A stretch of DNA of 64,000 bases from positions 1-64,000 of the forward strand of contig RSEE01000164.1 of the NCBI GenBank assembly GCA_003971905.1, in the 5' to 3' direction. The DNA comes from Moniliella sp. 'wahieum' (Eukaryota). The translations under genes were made by a program, and so were the position numbers. Below, piece by piece: positions 36,221 through 48,300 of the stretch. The notes below the pieces were generated by a model. The model ran no database searches and was not told the origin of the DNA. It saw only the letters and a program-made list of their open reading frames with translations. The stretch's first letter is position 1. Each line of letters begins with the position of its first letter.

Positions 36221-37935
36221 TCAGTTGACAACGAGTGGAAGACCATGGACTTACGGTTCGGGCGCTTCTCTTTAGCTGCCCCAAGAACGGGAAATACCCT
36301 CGGCGACTGCAGTGTGAAAGCCGTGGGCGGCGAGGAAGACCCCCTCCCCCCCGTCCTAATAGGCGCCCACCTCAAATGTTAGAAATACAGGGTGCAAGAC
36401 GCGATGGAACAGACCAATAGCATCCTTGCCCTTTTGCCTATTGCCCATCTGTTGGGCCTGTAAACACGTGTGTTCCACCGTATGTTATACCTTCGATACA
36501 GGCGGCAGTTGAAGACTTGCGGTACTTGGAGAAGAGAGAGGGCAAGGTGGCGTTACACACACCGATAATACTCAACAGAGCTCGACGGAAGATACCCCCT
36601 CTGGCATGGTAAAAAGTCGGTGGAATGCGAGGAAGTGTCTCCACCGACGCCTCGTGAAGAGAAGTATCAATCACCTTCATTGAAGGGTCTTGTAGGAACG
36701 GTAAGGGAATGAGGTGGGTTGTGCAAATAACCACCCGTACCAGATAACTTGGAGCAGGCGAGGCTGAACCGACCCGCTCACATTCTCGCCAGAGCTCAGG
36801 AGGGCTAGGGGTGGAAAGAGACCTGCTCCACAGAAAAGCCTTCGTCCCGCGCGGTATTTTCCGTCGCAGTGGGCCTCGTACGTTCTCGATTTGCTCTCCA
36901 CCGTTCCTCCTCGTCGTGATCAACAAAGAACGCCGAATGGCCTCCAACAGCATCGTCTGCTCAGTTCATGCGCCAATGACGAACGTCCCCTAGTCAGATG
37001 GGAGCGTGGTCGACCATAAAGCCCTTGATCTGGCATCCGGTTGACTCCTCGGGTTATTTGGGAAATCCAGACTAGACGGAACAGAGGCGTTGACATGAGA
37101 TGCATGAGATGAGGTGACGCCGATGGGAGCCACGCGGCCCTCGACGTCCCCCATAATGATACGCTGGCTGGCCTTACGGGCTTGATCGGCTTTGGCACTC
37201 TCGAGCTGCGCTTCCCACATAGGGCGAATCTCGTCGACTGTCACCGCCTTCGGGTTGGAGGGGTCCAGTCCTCGTTCCACCTGGTCTGCATCGGTGTCGG
37301 GCACAGGCTCATTGATGCGATTGGCTGGTGGGCGGGCGTGAAGAGAGACATTGTCGAGCACAGCACGGGGTGGTCTGTATATGACGCCCAAGTTGGATGT
37401 CATGCAAAAGGCACAAGACGGGCTGGCTGGTAGGTGGGTTGAACTGGGATGGATCGGGCCGGCGAGCCTGGACGAAACACTCGGTGCAGATAGTTTGGCA
37501 CAGCAGCACGTGCGATTGAGAGGTGAAGGATAGACGAGCATGCAGATGGGGCACTCCGTCGGCACTACCCGTCCCGCAAAGCATCCAGCCAGATCCTCAG
37601 CCTCGTCGACACCGTGGTAAAATGGTGCAAGGCGACGAGAACAGATGAGCGTCTTGACAATGTCGTGACCATAGTCTTGGGGCTATGTGGGTATACACCC
37701 GTCGGAACAAGAAGACCCGAGTCGAATGTGGCAGGCCAGCCGGGCGCACACTTGAGTGTGTGTCGACTACTGCGTCGAGAAGAGAGGTAGGAAGGGGTGA
37801 AGGGGAAATGCAGTCGGTCTGGCCTAGGGCTAGAAGCGGAGAGGAGGTGAATGTGGTATAGCGACTGTTGAAATGGCGGCTGCGGCGCTTGTTGGGGGCA
37901 GCGGCAGTAGCTTCGCGACCGTTGGCCTGGCCCAT
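36221..37935 (-). CDS. SIP5: Sip5-like RING-related protein (Snf1 and Reg1-Glc7 interactor), frameshifted, 3' end uncertain
   Basis: MGQ start, DSGLLVPTGVY, RRLAPFY (pieced across frames), ECPICMLVYPSPLNRTCCC, ICTECFVQ, FCMTSNLGVIY, VTVDEIRPMWE, MLLEAIRRSL. Confidence 0.85.
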
Positions 37936-38059
37936 GATTGGATGGTGGTGGAGAGCTGAAGAGTGCGAAGAAGACTTGAAGATGGACAATTGGAAACAAT
38001 AAGGCTGAGGCACTGCTGCTGCTTATAGTTCCCTTTTGGGGAAGCTCACGCACTAAAGT

Positions 38060-38520
38060 CTCAACTGTCGAGAGGGAGGATGTCGAAATGAAGGGGAGCT
38101 GAGCTCAGCGCTCCGGCTGAGTGGCACCCTGATCTGGTGCTCAGCTTGCTTAGTGCTGGTTGTGGCCCGGCAATGTCAGCCAAGCGTGTCAGCTGACACA
38201 CTAAGGACTGAAGCTTGAAGCTCAGCCATGTCAACGTGTCCGCCGCACTCACCAAGGTGGGGGCGAGATCTCAGTCCGAGGCCTGAGCCTCAGGCCCCTC
38301 AGTGTGCTCAGCTGAGCCAACAGAGTGCGCTGAAGCTGAACAAATTCATTAAGCATTGAACGTTGAATATTGATGCGTGATTCAAGCGATTAATGATGAG
38401 ATCGATGATCGATGATCGATGATCAATGAAATTAATGATCGACTATTCCAGTTTCCAAATGCAATGTTCAATGCTCGAACACCGATCACCGATTGAATCA
38501 CCGGTCATCGAGGTCATCCC
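38060..38520. repeat. Palindrome-heptamer tract upstream of SIP5
   Basis: TGAAGCTTGAAGCT, GGCCTGA and CTCAG units, TGAACGTTGAATATTGA, (TCGATGA)x3 at 38402-38422, TCACCGGTCA. Confidence 0.88.
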
Positions 38521-38901
38521 TCTGCCACCTGCAATCGCAATTGATGCTCGCGACCATAACGAGTGTGATTCACACATCGCCACGTCTTCAAAAAGGCATC
38601 GATGCCGGTGCAGTGTTACACGGGACATCATACCATTCTTTGCAAAATATGAAGACAGGTAAGGAAACGCTCTCCGCCTACCGGGACCGCTCATCCCGTG
38701 TGCGCTACTCGCTCGAGCCAACCAAACCAGGAGCTCAATGGTTTCGCCCGCAGGTCAGGGGCGTGGAAGACGAAACAGGAAGTAGTTATTACGAAAAGCT
38801 GGCGTGTCAGCGTAATTTGCAATCACCCCAACAAGGGACTCTCCCCCATTCGCCTCCAAACTCCGGAGACGTATTCTAAGCTATACTGCATCCATAGTAT
38901 T

Positions 38902-39524
38902 ATTGACAGAGCTTAAGGCTGTTTTGGGATAGGGAAACGCTACGCTTAAACCGACCCGTTCTCATCTTACCTGTGTTGCTTGGTAGTGCCACACCCCTGT
39001 TAAGGAACCAGGGGAATCTCGCCAGAGGATATCAGGCCCCTCTGGTGTCCGCCATCTGGGGCCCATACCCAAGAAGCGCGTGTGGACACGGATGAACGTG
39101 GTAGACATCCCACTGAGCGAGGAACCATTTCCAACATTGAGAGTCAGTAGTCAAATCCTTCCAATGCGCAAGCATCGTTGCCCGCTGTCTTGGTGCCGTG
39201 GTATTAGTACTATCCCCGCCTCAGGGAAACGGCTCTTGAGTGCGTCCCTGCCAGTACTTGGCGTTCAATCTTGTCGCATTCGGTGCTTGTTCCAGCAGCC
39301 GATGAAGCAGCTCCTTCTCCCGGCGTTCCAAAGGCGTCGCGGTGCTCTCATGCACCACCCTGCGGTACGCGCTCTGCGCCTCCTGCGTTCCCGTGTCGTG
39401 CAGCGTGTGGTCCATCTCCATTCCAGATCCTCCGATTGCTCCCGGCCCCATCACGGGGGGTAGTCGGTGCGCAGTGCCCCCCTCCCGCGCCTCGACCCAT
39501 ACTCTTCCTCCACAGTAGGTTCGT
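38902..39524 (-). mobile_element. Dispersed repeat copy B (same family as 23476-24084)
   Basis: Same terminus and a homologous ORF remnant (VMGPGAIGGSGMEMDHTLHDTGTQEAQSAYRRVVHEST...MSTTFIRVHTR). Confidence 0.75.
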
Positions 39525-41632
39525 TGTGGCCGTGGGTGTGGATGGAGCGCACGAGCTGATGGAGAATGGGCTCCCACACTGCCTCATATGCAACGCACCA
39601 AACTTGGCCTGGGTGCGGGTAGAAGCCATGATGTGGGTTCTAGCGAGGACATGACGCCGCACTTGCACATGCTGCGCGTGGAGCGGCACAGCGTGTGGAG
39701 CTGGAGATCTATCTGAACCTGCTTGTCGGCGAGCCGGAGGCACGGGGCGGATGTAATGAGGAGAGCCAAGTGTGGGTCAAGTTGCTGTGCCCAACCACAC
39801 GGCGACTATCAGCATAATGCGCGTGGATATGGTATGACCGAGGATGATCATATATAAACTGAGAAACATATGGGGTGATCGAGAGATGAGAGCTTCATAC
39901 CAGACTCTTCAGCGAGACGTGCCAACAGTGCTCTCAAGCATCTTATACCGTTGGTGCGGTTGGTACTAGTGTTGATGCAACGTTGATGTGTGTCTTCTCA
40001 TCATATGATCATATCTGTTGGGGTTAAGATATAGAATGAAAAACGGCTCTTCAATCGGTGTATCCTTGGTGCTTTTTTGGCGCGCTCTTCTCGCATTCCC
40101 CTTGCCTATTCTCTTTTTCTCATGGTGTTCCGCAGATGTTATCGTCTCCTCTCTCGTGTTACCATCTTTCGGCACTCAATCTTGCCATCACTTGTATACA
40201 AGTCCTTCTGAGAATGAGGTCCATCTCCATCCCTATAGTCCTCCGTAGTCTTCTCCGAAAGCTCTTCGCCCCCATCATCTCTCAATAATCCACACATCTG
40301 GCCATCCGCGCCTCGTTGAGGTTCTTGAGCATAGCACCTGCCCATTCCCCTCTCCCACATCTCCCTATAGCGCTGGTGCTTCGTCTTTTAAACTCTCGCA
40401 TGCCGGCGTGTACCAGTCAAGGAGGGTATAACAAAAGTGATAATAAGGTAGTCGTTGTGGGCCTCATTGTAGAAGCATCAGCGCGCGTGTGAGGCGCACC
40501 TACTAAATAGCCGCTGCATCCTCCCAGTGGAAGGGTTACATGCGCTCATGAGCATGCCAAAGGGACCGTCCTTTCAATCGTCCCGTCCTCATTTTCCCAA
40601 CAAGGTCCGTTGAAACCATACTAGGCACACAGAGAATGAAAACGTCAGTAGTATTGACTAGCATAGCGACGACCATCCCCCTCCCAATTGTGTAAGGGTA
40701 ATGCCATCCAAAATGTTTGTCTTGTCGGCTGTTATTGGCGCACCCTTTGTCCGGAAAAGCCATGCCCGGCGGCAATTACCATGACGCACACTGTAATGAT
40801 GTCCCACTCAAACAAAGTACCCACACTGGACCACGGCCTTTTCGAATCCGGTCCCGCTCCTCTTCGAGCCTGGCCGCTCACCGTGACCGTCCTGACGCTG
40901 TAAGATTCGTACTACGGCCGACCGTCAAGCTTATTCAAGCTTCACGTATACATTTGAACGGGTCTACTCTTACGTGTTGCTTCCCTGGTATTTGACATTG
41001 TTACCACGTTGCGCTTTTCCCCTACCCGTAATAAAAACTCCAGGCTCGTCCACAGACGTTCGAAAGAAATCGAGGTTATCATCTCCTCACCACCAGCTTT
41101 CGTTACTCAAAACTTTTTTAGCGTCCTTTACTATACCTGAGTCACACCAGTTCCTATTCCACCTCACCATCATTGGTTGTCCAAACGGTCCTGGCCCCAC
41201 CATTCGACGCCTGGCTCTACCCCCAGTCGTGTTTCCTCTTCTTCTCGTCTACAAAAACCACAGCTAATATATAATCAAAAAGCAATGGGTGTCCCGGATG
41301 GAGGACAAGAGAAGCTTGAGTGTCGGGATCAGATCCACTTGATCACCGTTTGATCACCAAGTTGACTGGTCCCTGATTTGTTCTAGACCCGGTTTTCCCC
41401 TTCGATTATGCTCCCCTTCTTCCTCTGTGTGACTTGCCCGCATGTTCTCTTCTTCTTCGAAATATATACATCTTCGCCCTCTTTCCACTCGATGAATATG
41501 ATCCTGACCCTTTCTCCCATCTCTATCTCCTGTTAGATTTGATCCCACTCGGCTTCCTGGCTTTTTAGTCCACCCACGCATCCCATCTTGTTGGACATCT
41601 CTCTCCGTCCTACCTCACTCTCCTCCCGCCCC

Positions 41633-42667
41633 ATGTCCAACCACCGCGCTCTTTGAACCCAACGCGGTCGGTCCCGAGATGGACAATATTATCCCAACGG
41701 CAACGACTCGTCGTTGACCCCACCGCCCTCCGGCCATGGTGCCTCAAGCATCGCCCTCCCCCCGTGGCCACATCCCCTTCCCCCGCCCCTGGTCCCAACG
41801 TGCGATCCATTGCTGTTATCACTATCCAGGCCCCACTTCCCCGGCTACACACCTTGGTGGCCGAAGCCTGTGCGCCCGCTCCTACACCCGAACTCGCGCT
41901 CGAACACGAGACCGAAGCCGCGCCCGACCTGCACCTACTCCTTCATATGTCTCCTTAAGACATCCGGTCTGCCATATGCACTGTCTGCCGCGACCGCGGA
42001 ACTGAGCAATTGTCACGCAAGCCGACAAGTGGGCTGTCCGTGACTGGCTCCATCGTTCCGAATATGACATCGTCACCATTGCGCCCAACGCCCGTGTCTC
42101 AATGGCCCTGCTGCCACCGAGTACAACGCCCAACTGGACCTCGCTCTTTGGGACATTGTGTGGATGCTGGCCTCCCCTCCGACGGTCCTGCCCGCAGCGC
42201 CCTGCGCAACACCGCCACCCTCGCCTCGGCCATGTACAAAGTGCTGACCAAAGCCTTTGCCGCCGTGACCAGCCCCCGCGACGGTTTCAAAGCCCGATTC
42301 GACGCCCAGAACACCTACCGCGTTGCGCAGGCTCCAGGCCCCATCACTGCTCGTATTGAGGATCTACGCGGCCTGTTCAATGCCGTTTTCCCCAATTCTG
42401 ACGAGATATGGCCCTACAGCCTCATTCGAGCGAACCGAAACGACTCCTTTGCGCCTGTCTTGGGACGAAACGGTGGCAAGGGCATACGCCACTGAGTTGT
42501 CCGTCCAGCTCGACAGCCTCCCTGTATCCCTGATACCCGCACAGGCTGCTCCCTCCCCGCTGCCGGCGACTCCTCCCTTGCCCACTACCCGTGGCCCGAA
42601 CCGCGCCAACCATGTTGGTGTTATTGAGGGTTGGCTCCCGCACGGCCTCGTACAACGCCCCTGGTAG
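41633..42667 (+). pseudogene. Degenerate ORF, possibly a retroelement gag remnant
   Basis: Coding-like C-rich sequence broken by stops and frameshifts. Helical segment ASAMYKVLTKAFAAVTSPRDGFKARFDAQNTYRVAQAPGPITARIEDLRGLF loosely resembles gag. No pol seen. Confidence 0.3.
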
Positions 42668-43513
42668 ATTAGGATTTGCCAACACTGATAAGTGTGGCTC
42701 GGTACTAGTCAGTCCCCCTTTCAATCTCCTCCCAGCTTCTCTGCTCCATTTAAATCGTGCTCTCTGGACTACTCAATTTGTATAGATCGCTGTATCCCTT
42801 GACGCTTTCTTCTGCCACAGACCGTTCTCGTCTCCTGTCTGCGGTTGCCACGTATCATTACTGTGAACCAGAAATTGGATCTCAGCCTGAACTCGTATAT
42901 ACACGGTACGTGGCGTCAATAGGGTTCGACTGCTTGTTTCCCCCGTTTCGTCTTGGTAGTCCGCACAACCCCCCCCCCTTCCTGAGGGATCCCCCGCCCT
43001 CACCCATACGCTACGTTCCACTATCAATTTACTATCTGCAACATCTGGAAAACGATGGATGGAGCAATGAGTAATGTTGCTGGGTGCGGACAGACAAAAA
43101 AACAGACATCAAGTCGAAACGGGCTCGGTCGACAGAAATGACCTCAGTGCGCCTTTGTGTGTGTGCAACCGTTCCTTGCCCTCTTTCTCATCTTCACTTC
43201 CTCTTTGTCCCAGGCCCACGGGGTGATGGGCGTGATTTGCAGACAACTGAACTCTCAAACACGGAAGGTGGGCGAGAGCGAGGGGCGAGATGAGACGAGG
43301 CAAGGTCAGGTGAGGCGCAACAGGCGGTGTAGGTGAGGAGGAGCGTGGCAGAGGCGCATGAAACGAACACGGGCAGGGGCGAAAGTAGAGGCGAGAGCAG
43401 AGGCAGTAGAAGAAACAGGTGCAGAAGTATAGGGGAAGAAACTGGAGCAAGAGCACAAAGAGCATAAACAAAATGCAAATGCAAGTGCGAAAGCAGGAGC
43501 AAGAACAGGACCT

Positions 43514-45211
43514 TCAGGGGCTGTTACAAAATGTGACCACGGAAGCGAGTGGGGTCCGGGTTGAAGACTGCCGGACTGGCGATCGATGGGTCTTGAATCG
43601 GGGTTTGCGAATGTGCTGCGGGGGGGTTGAGGTCCCCGGAAGCGGGTAAGGGTGGTACACATGCCGATTAGGAACGGAGGACAAGATAGGGTGAGTTTGT
43701 ATGGAGTTGTGGAGGGCAAGTTGGTCTTGCAGGCTGAGACTGGGCAGACAGGGACAAGGATCGCCTTCGGGCGATTGGTGCCGATGCAAGGCATCGAGGC
43801 GAGCAAAGACCTTACCACAGAGGTGGCATGTGTGCGGACGAATTATAAGATGCAACTTTTCGTGCCGTCGTTTGTCGTGGGCACGGGCAAAGCTGCGTTC
43901 GCAAAACCGGCATGCGTAGGGTCGCTCGTGTGTGGGAGCGTAGGTGACCACGTAAATTGAGGGCACGGGTAAAAGATGATTCGCAGCCGGGCACGGGGCA
44001 CTTGAAGGGGGCAGCGCTCTTGCGCCGTGACACCGACGCGGCTTTGGTCTTGGCAGTGGTCACTTGCAGGTTCTGAATTGGCCGGGCTAGAAGGTCGCCT
44101 TCGACCACAGAGGAGCTGTCGGAGGAAAGGGAGACCGAACCGGTCCGAGAGAGCGAAGAGGAGGAGAACATGGGTCCTTCTGACTCCCCAGGACTGGGCG
44201 TGAGAGTGGTAGGGCTTGTAGAGATGGACCTACGATGTTCACGCGGAGAAATCTTAATCGACAACAACGGCGAGTCGTCAATCGCCGAACTAGGGACGCT
44301 GCTGCTGCCATTCAGTAGGCTGGGGGCACCCAGGGCGCTCTGCACGCTCCTTGGTGAGGTGTGTAACGAGGAATGGAGCACCGTATGTTGGGGTACATGA
44401 GGGCGCAGTTGGCTCTCGTACTGGTCTCGCGATGGTGACAAGGGGACAGGCGCGGCGGCCAGCGGCACCGGTACAACTCAGCCCCAGTAGGGTCAAAGTG
44501 AACCGTGAGTCGGTCCAAGGATTCGGGCGTTGCAACAGGTTCGATCTTGACTTGCGGGTGTGCATAGGTGCGAGTAGGCAGTGTTTGGGGAGACATGTCG
44601 GGGCGAGCATGAGGGTGTGTCTCCGTCGGCGCGGAAGCATGTGGCGCCAGAGATGGTGGCGCCATCTGCGACGGAGACGGTACGGGGACCGAATTAGCGA
44701 CGGGTTGGTTGATACCGAGAAATTGCTTGAAGTGGTCGTAGGAGGCGCTGCGGAGCTTGGGAGAGGGAGCAAGAGGAAGGAAAAAGTGGTCGTACTTGAC
44801 AAGCGGGGCTGAGTGGGGTTCTTCAAAACCAATGGATCTGGAGGCGGGGGTAGAGGTTGGCATGCTGGCAATGGTGCTGCAGGGCGTTGAATCGCTGGAG
44901 TCGGTGGGCGCTAAACCAAGACTTAGAGAGAGGCTTGACAGCTCACTGCTGGGAATCGCTGCGGGCATGACCATCGGCACCGTCCGAGAGGGCGGCAGCG
45001 GCTGAAGCGGAAGCGGTGCAGAAGCCGCTGGGCCATCGGTGGGGAGAAACCCGCACCCGTAGCGTTCGGGAAGCCGGGACTCCAGCTCGGGAACATGGTG
45101 GTCGAGAAGGGAAAGATGGGGCGGTGCGGCCACAGCAGGTTGAGTGAGGCACAACTGACAGGGGAGACCGGTGAGAAAGTCGGAGCCAGGGGGAGCAGAT
45201 GACTGTGTCAC
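43514..45211 (-). CDS. C2H2 zinc-finger transcription factor, Crz1-like finger array, frameshifted, termini uncertain
   Basis: FKCPVPGCESSFTRALNLRGHLRSH-THERP-YACRFCERSFARAHDKRRHEKLH-HTCHLCGKVFARLDALHRH. Ser-rich region upstream. Confidence 0.85.
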
Positions 45212-45389
45212 ATGACGCGTGACAGCAAGGCTTGGTATAAGACAGAAGAAGGAAGGAAAACAGGTATAGGGTCAAGACAGGGTTGATGGTACGTTGATGT
45301 GAGCCAGGTGAAACCAATGTGGTCCGCACGCCACTAGCCACTCTGCACCGTGTGGACCAGAGACCGGGGATAGAATATTGATGGTTTGC

Positions 45390-48300
45390 CATCATGCATC
45401 AGTCGACTAGCCAGTATCACTAATAGTCACTAGTCACTAGTCACTAGTCACTAGTCACTGTGACCAGGACCACTCCCTGTCACATGTAGTGCACTACTCG
45501 GGTGGCCCTGATACCTGAGACCGGACTGAGAGCTCAAGCTTTCAGGCTGAGCGGGCGCGCGGTCCCTGGTCTATCTGCTCGCGCTCCGCCGGCTGAGGGC
45601 GCTGAGGTCTGGCGCTCAGTCTGAGCGTTCATCGGCTCATCAACGTCATCAACCCATCCATGCATCATGCACATCATGGATCACCGATCATCGCGCTATC
45701 GCTCCCCGTTAAAACACGTTGTAACAAAATACGAACGTAAAACTAAACTAAACGTAAGGCGTAACATGCGTAGCGCGTAACGCGTAAATGTGGAAACGCC
45801 ATACATTCGTATTCATATCTAAGAGCTCAAATGCCACAGAAGTCACGAAGTCACCGGTCACATGTCGTAGGCATGCTGGCAGCTGGACGCTGGACGCTGG
45901 ACACTGGACGGGCTGGGCGAGAGCTTGACTAGTTGACTCGCGGTTGGTTAAACTCAGTTATTGGATCCTGGGTACTGCATTGCTAGGTCTGTGGGCGGTC
46001 GGGATATCTGCGTGTCAATGGCCAAGACCAATCGATGACCAGCACGGTGGCTGATGGCGCTGAGTGGCTGAGCGCTGAAGCTCTGGGTACCGATGTACTG
46101 ATGCATGATGACCAATGATTAATGATCTGGATAAATGTACAGAGTAAAACCGGTGCCCCAACCGGGCTGCTCCCAAGCTGAGCCAGCAGATGCAGAATGC
46201 CTCTTCCAGCTTGAAGCTTGAAGCTTGAAGCCTGAGGACTCGGTGCCCAATCGATGATCGATGAGCAATGGTCTAGATTCCATTTGGACCCTTGGATTGC
46301 AACAGCAAAAACGGTGGCTCCGAGGTACAACAGGGTGCAATGATCGGTGTTCAAATCGATCAGAGACGGTGGATACTTGAAGCTTTTGAATTGAATGGTT
46401 GAACGAGTTGAGCGTTTGAACCGGAGTCCGGCAGTGGGAGTCGACGGTGGCCGGTGGAAGCAGGTGGAGCGCGGAGCCCACATGGGGCTGGCAGAGGGTG
46501 AGCGTGAGCCTCAGCGCTGATGCGCTGACCAGGGCTTGAAGTGACGTTTGCCTTGCCTGCCGGTGCTGGCCCTCCCACACACGGGTGCCCAGCGCCCATC
46601 ACCGGCACCAAACGTCGAGCTGAGCGGCTCAGGGTGCGCACAAGCTGAGCTCAGCCTGAGCGCGTATCCACATCCGGCTTCCAGCATCCCGCGGATCCTA
46701 CGGCTAGGGAAGCCGGCAGGGCCGAGCAGAGAGGGAGTGCGGGGCAAGAGCAGGCTACAGTCTGCTATCACATGTGGCAAACAATGCAATCTCGGATGTG
46801 CCGGTGACGCGGTGACGTGACGCATGTGATCATGTGATATCGGTGCTGCTTCGGGCGGGGAACAAACAGATGCGAACAGCTGTGGGTAGTGCAGGGTAGT
46901 GGGTGGCGTCTGTGCACGCCAGTCCGGGCAGCGCCCACGGCCGCCAAGAAAGCCGCCTCCAAACCTCAAATCTGGATCGTCGCCCCCCGACCGGCCCGAC
47001 CCACGTCACCACGGCAATGAAGCAACAAGAGCCCGAGGCGCACAGCTATCGCGTATGTATATACGGTTGTCATTAATCATTTCTTCCTTCCACTTGTGGC
47101 GCCACACCGGTGTCTTCATGCGGTAGCCGGTAGCCCAAAAGGGCCCTTCCTTTTCCGGTGCATATTCCATCCTGTGGAGGCAGGAATATTCTCTAGCCTC
47201 TGTTGCTCATGTTCAATGCAATATACTGGCACCAACTGTCTGCTTTCCGCTTTTCTACACCCCACCATGCTACAACAGCAACTTCTATGAGCCACCAATA
47301 TCTTGGGTACAACATCAGGCGCTGAGTGGTAACGCGCGGTACGGGTCTTAGACCTGGTAACGCGCGGTAAGGGTCTTAGACCTGGTAACGCCGATGGGTA
47401 TAACCGGCGGTAAGGTCTCAGATTCAATATTCAATGGCCTCAAGGAAGAATTGCGTGGAGCGTAGAGCAAGTCATGTGGTGGTCATGGCACAGGAGAGAG
47501 AGAAGGATAGGAAGACTGGGAAGCAGCGAGAGAGCCTGGGTGCCCGCTTCCCAAAATGCCGCAGCAGAGGCCTGCCTGAGGCCAGTGAATGATGGCAAAG
47601 GCGTCTCTACGTCACGCGTCACGCGCGTCTGCGTCAGGCGTCATCACGTCATCGATCATCCGCATGCCATGCACGTCACGCGTCACAACGATTAATTACA
47701 TGTGACAGTGATGTGTACCGTTTGACGTGGTGTGGCGTTTGGTGCGTTGGGGATACGGGTAATTTGAAGACAAACTTTTATCTCAGAGCTTTTAGATACC
47801 AAGACAATAATTAATAATAGTGGATCATCGATCACCCATCATGCATCACGTTTCGTCCATGGCCTTACGGCCTTACCGGTTTGTGGCTCGCAGCCTTAGG
47901 TCTTAGATCTTACCGGTTACCGGTTACCGGTTACCCATTTCTGGTTTCCGGAGTATATCCAACGCTGTTGGTACTGTCACAGTCAACGTCAACGCGTCAA
48001 ACGGTTGCGTTGAACAGGAAGAGGCACCTGAAGGCACTAGCATGGAATACTGATCTATGTACTGGATATACCCTTTTAGCGGTCTGCTTGAGCGCTTAGC
48101 CTGAGCGCCCTGAGTGCATTCTTCTGGGCATACTCCTTCCTCTGGTTTGTACTTCGGGGTACAGTATAGTTGTCGGAGAGGCGAGCAAGGCAGGGGTCAT
48201 AATGGTGGTGATGCAATCAGAGGGAGGCCGACGCCCTGAGGCGCAAACAAGGAGGGATGGACCAGGCGAAATCATGTTCGTCGCGCGAGGACACCCGACT

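Noticed and set aside
47327..47391. 28-bp repeats as a CRISPR array
   Set aside because: Units are directly adjacent with no spacers, the context is eukaryotic and there are no cas genes.
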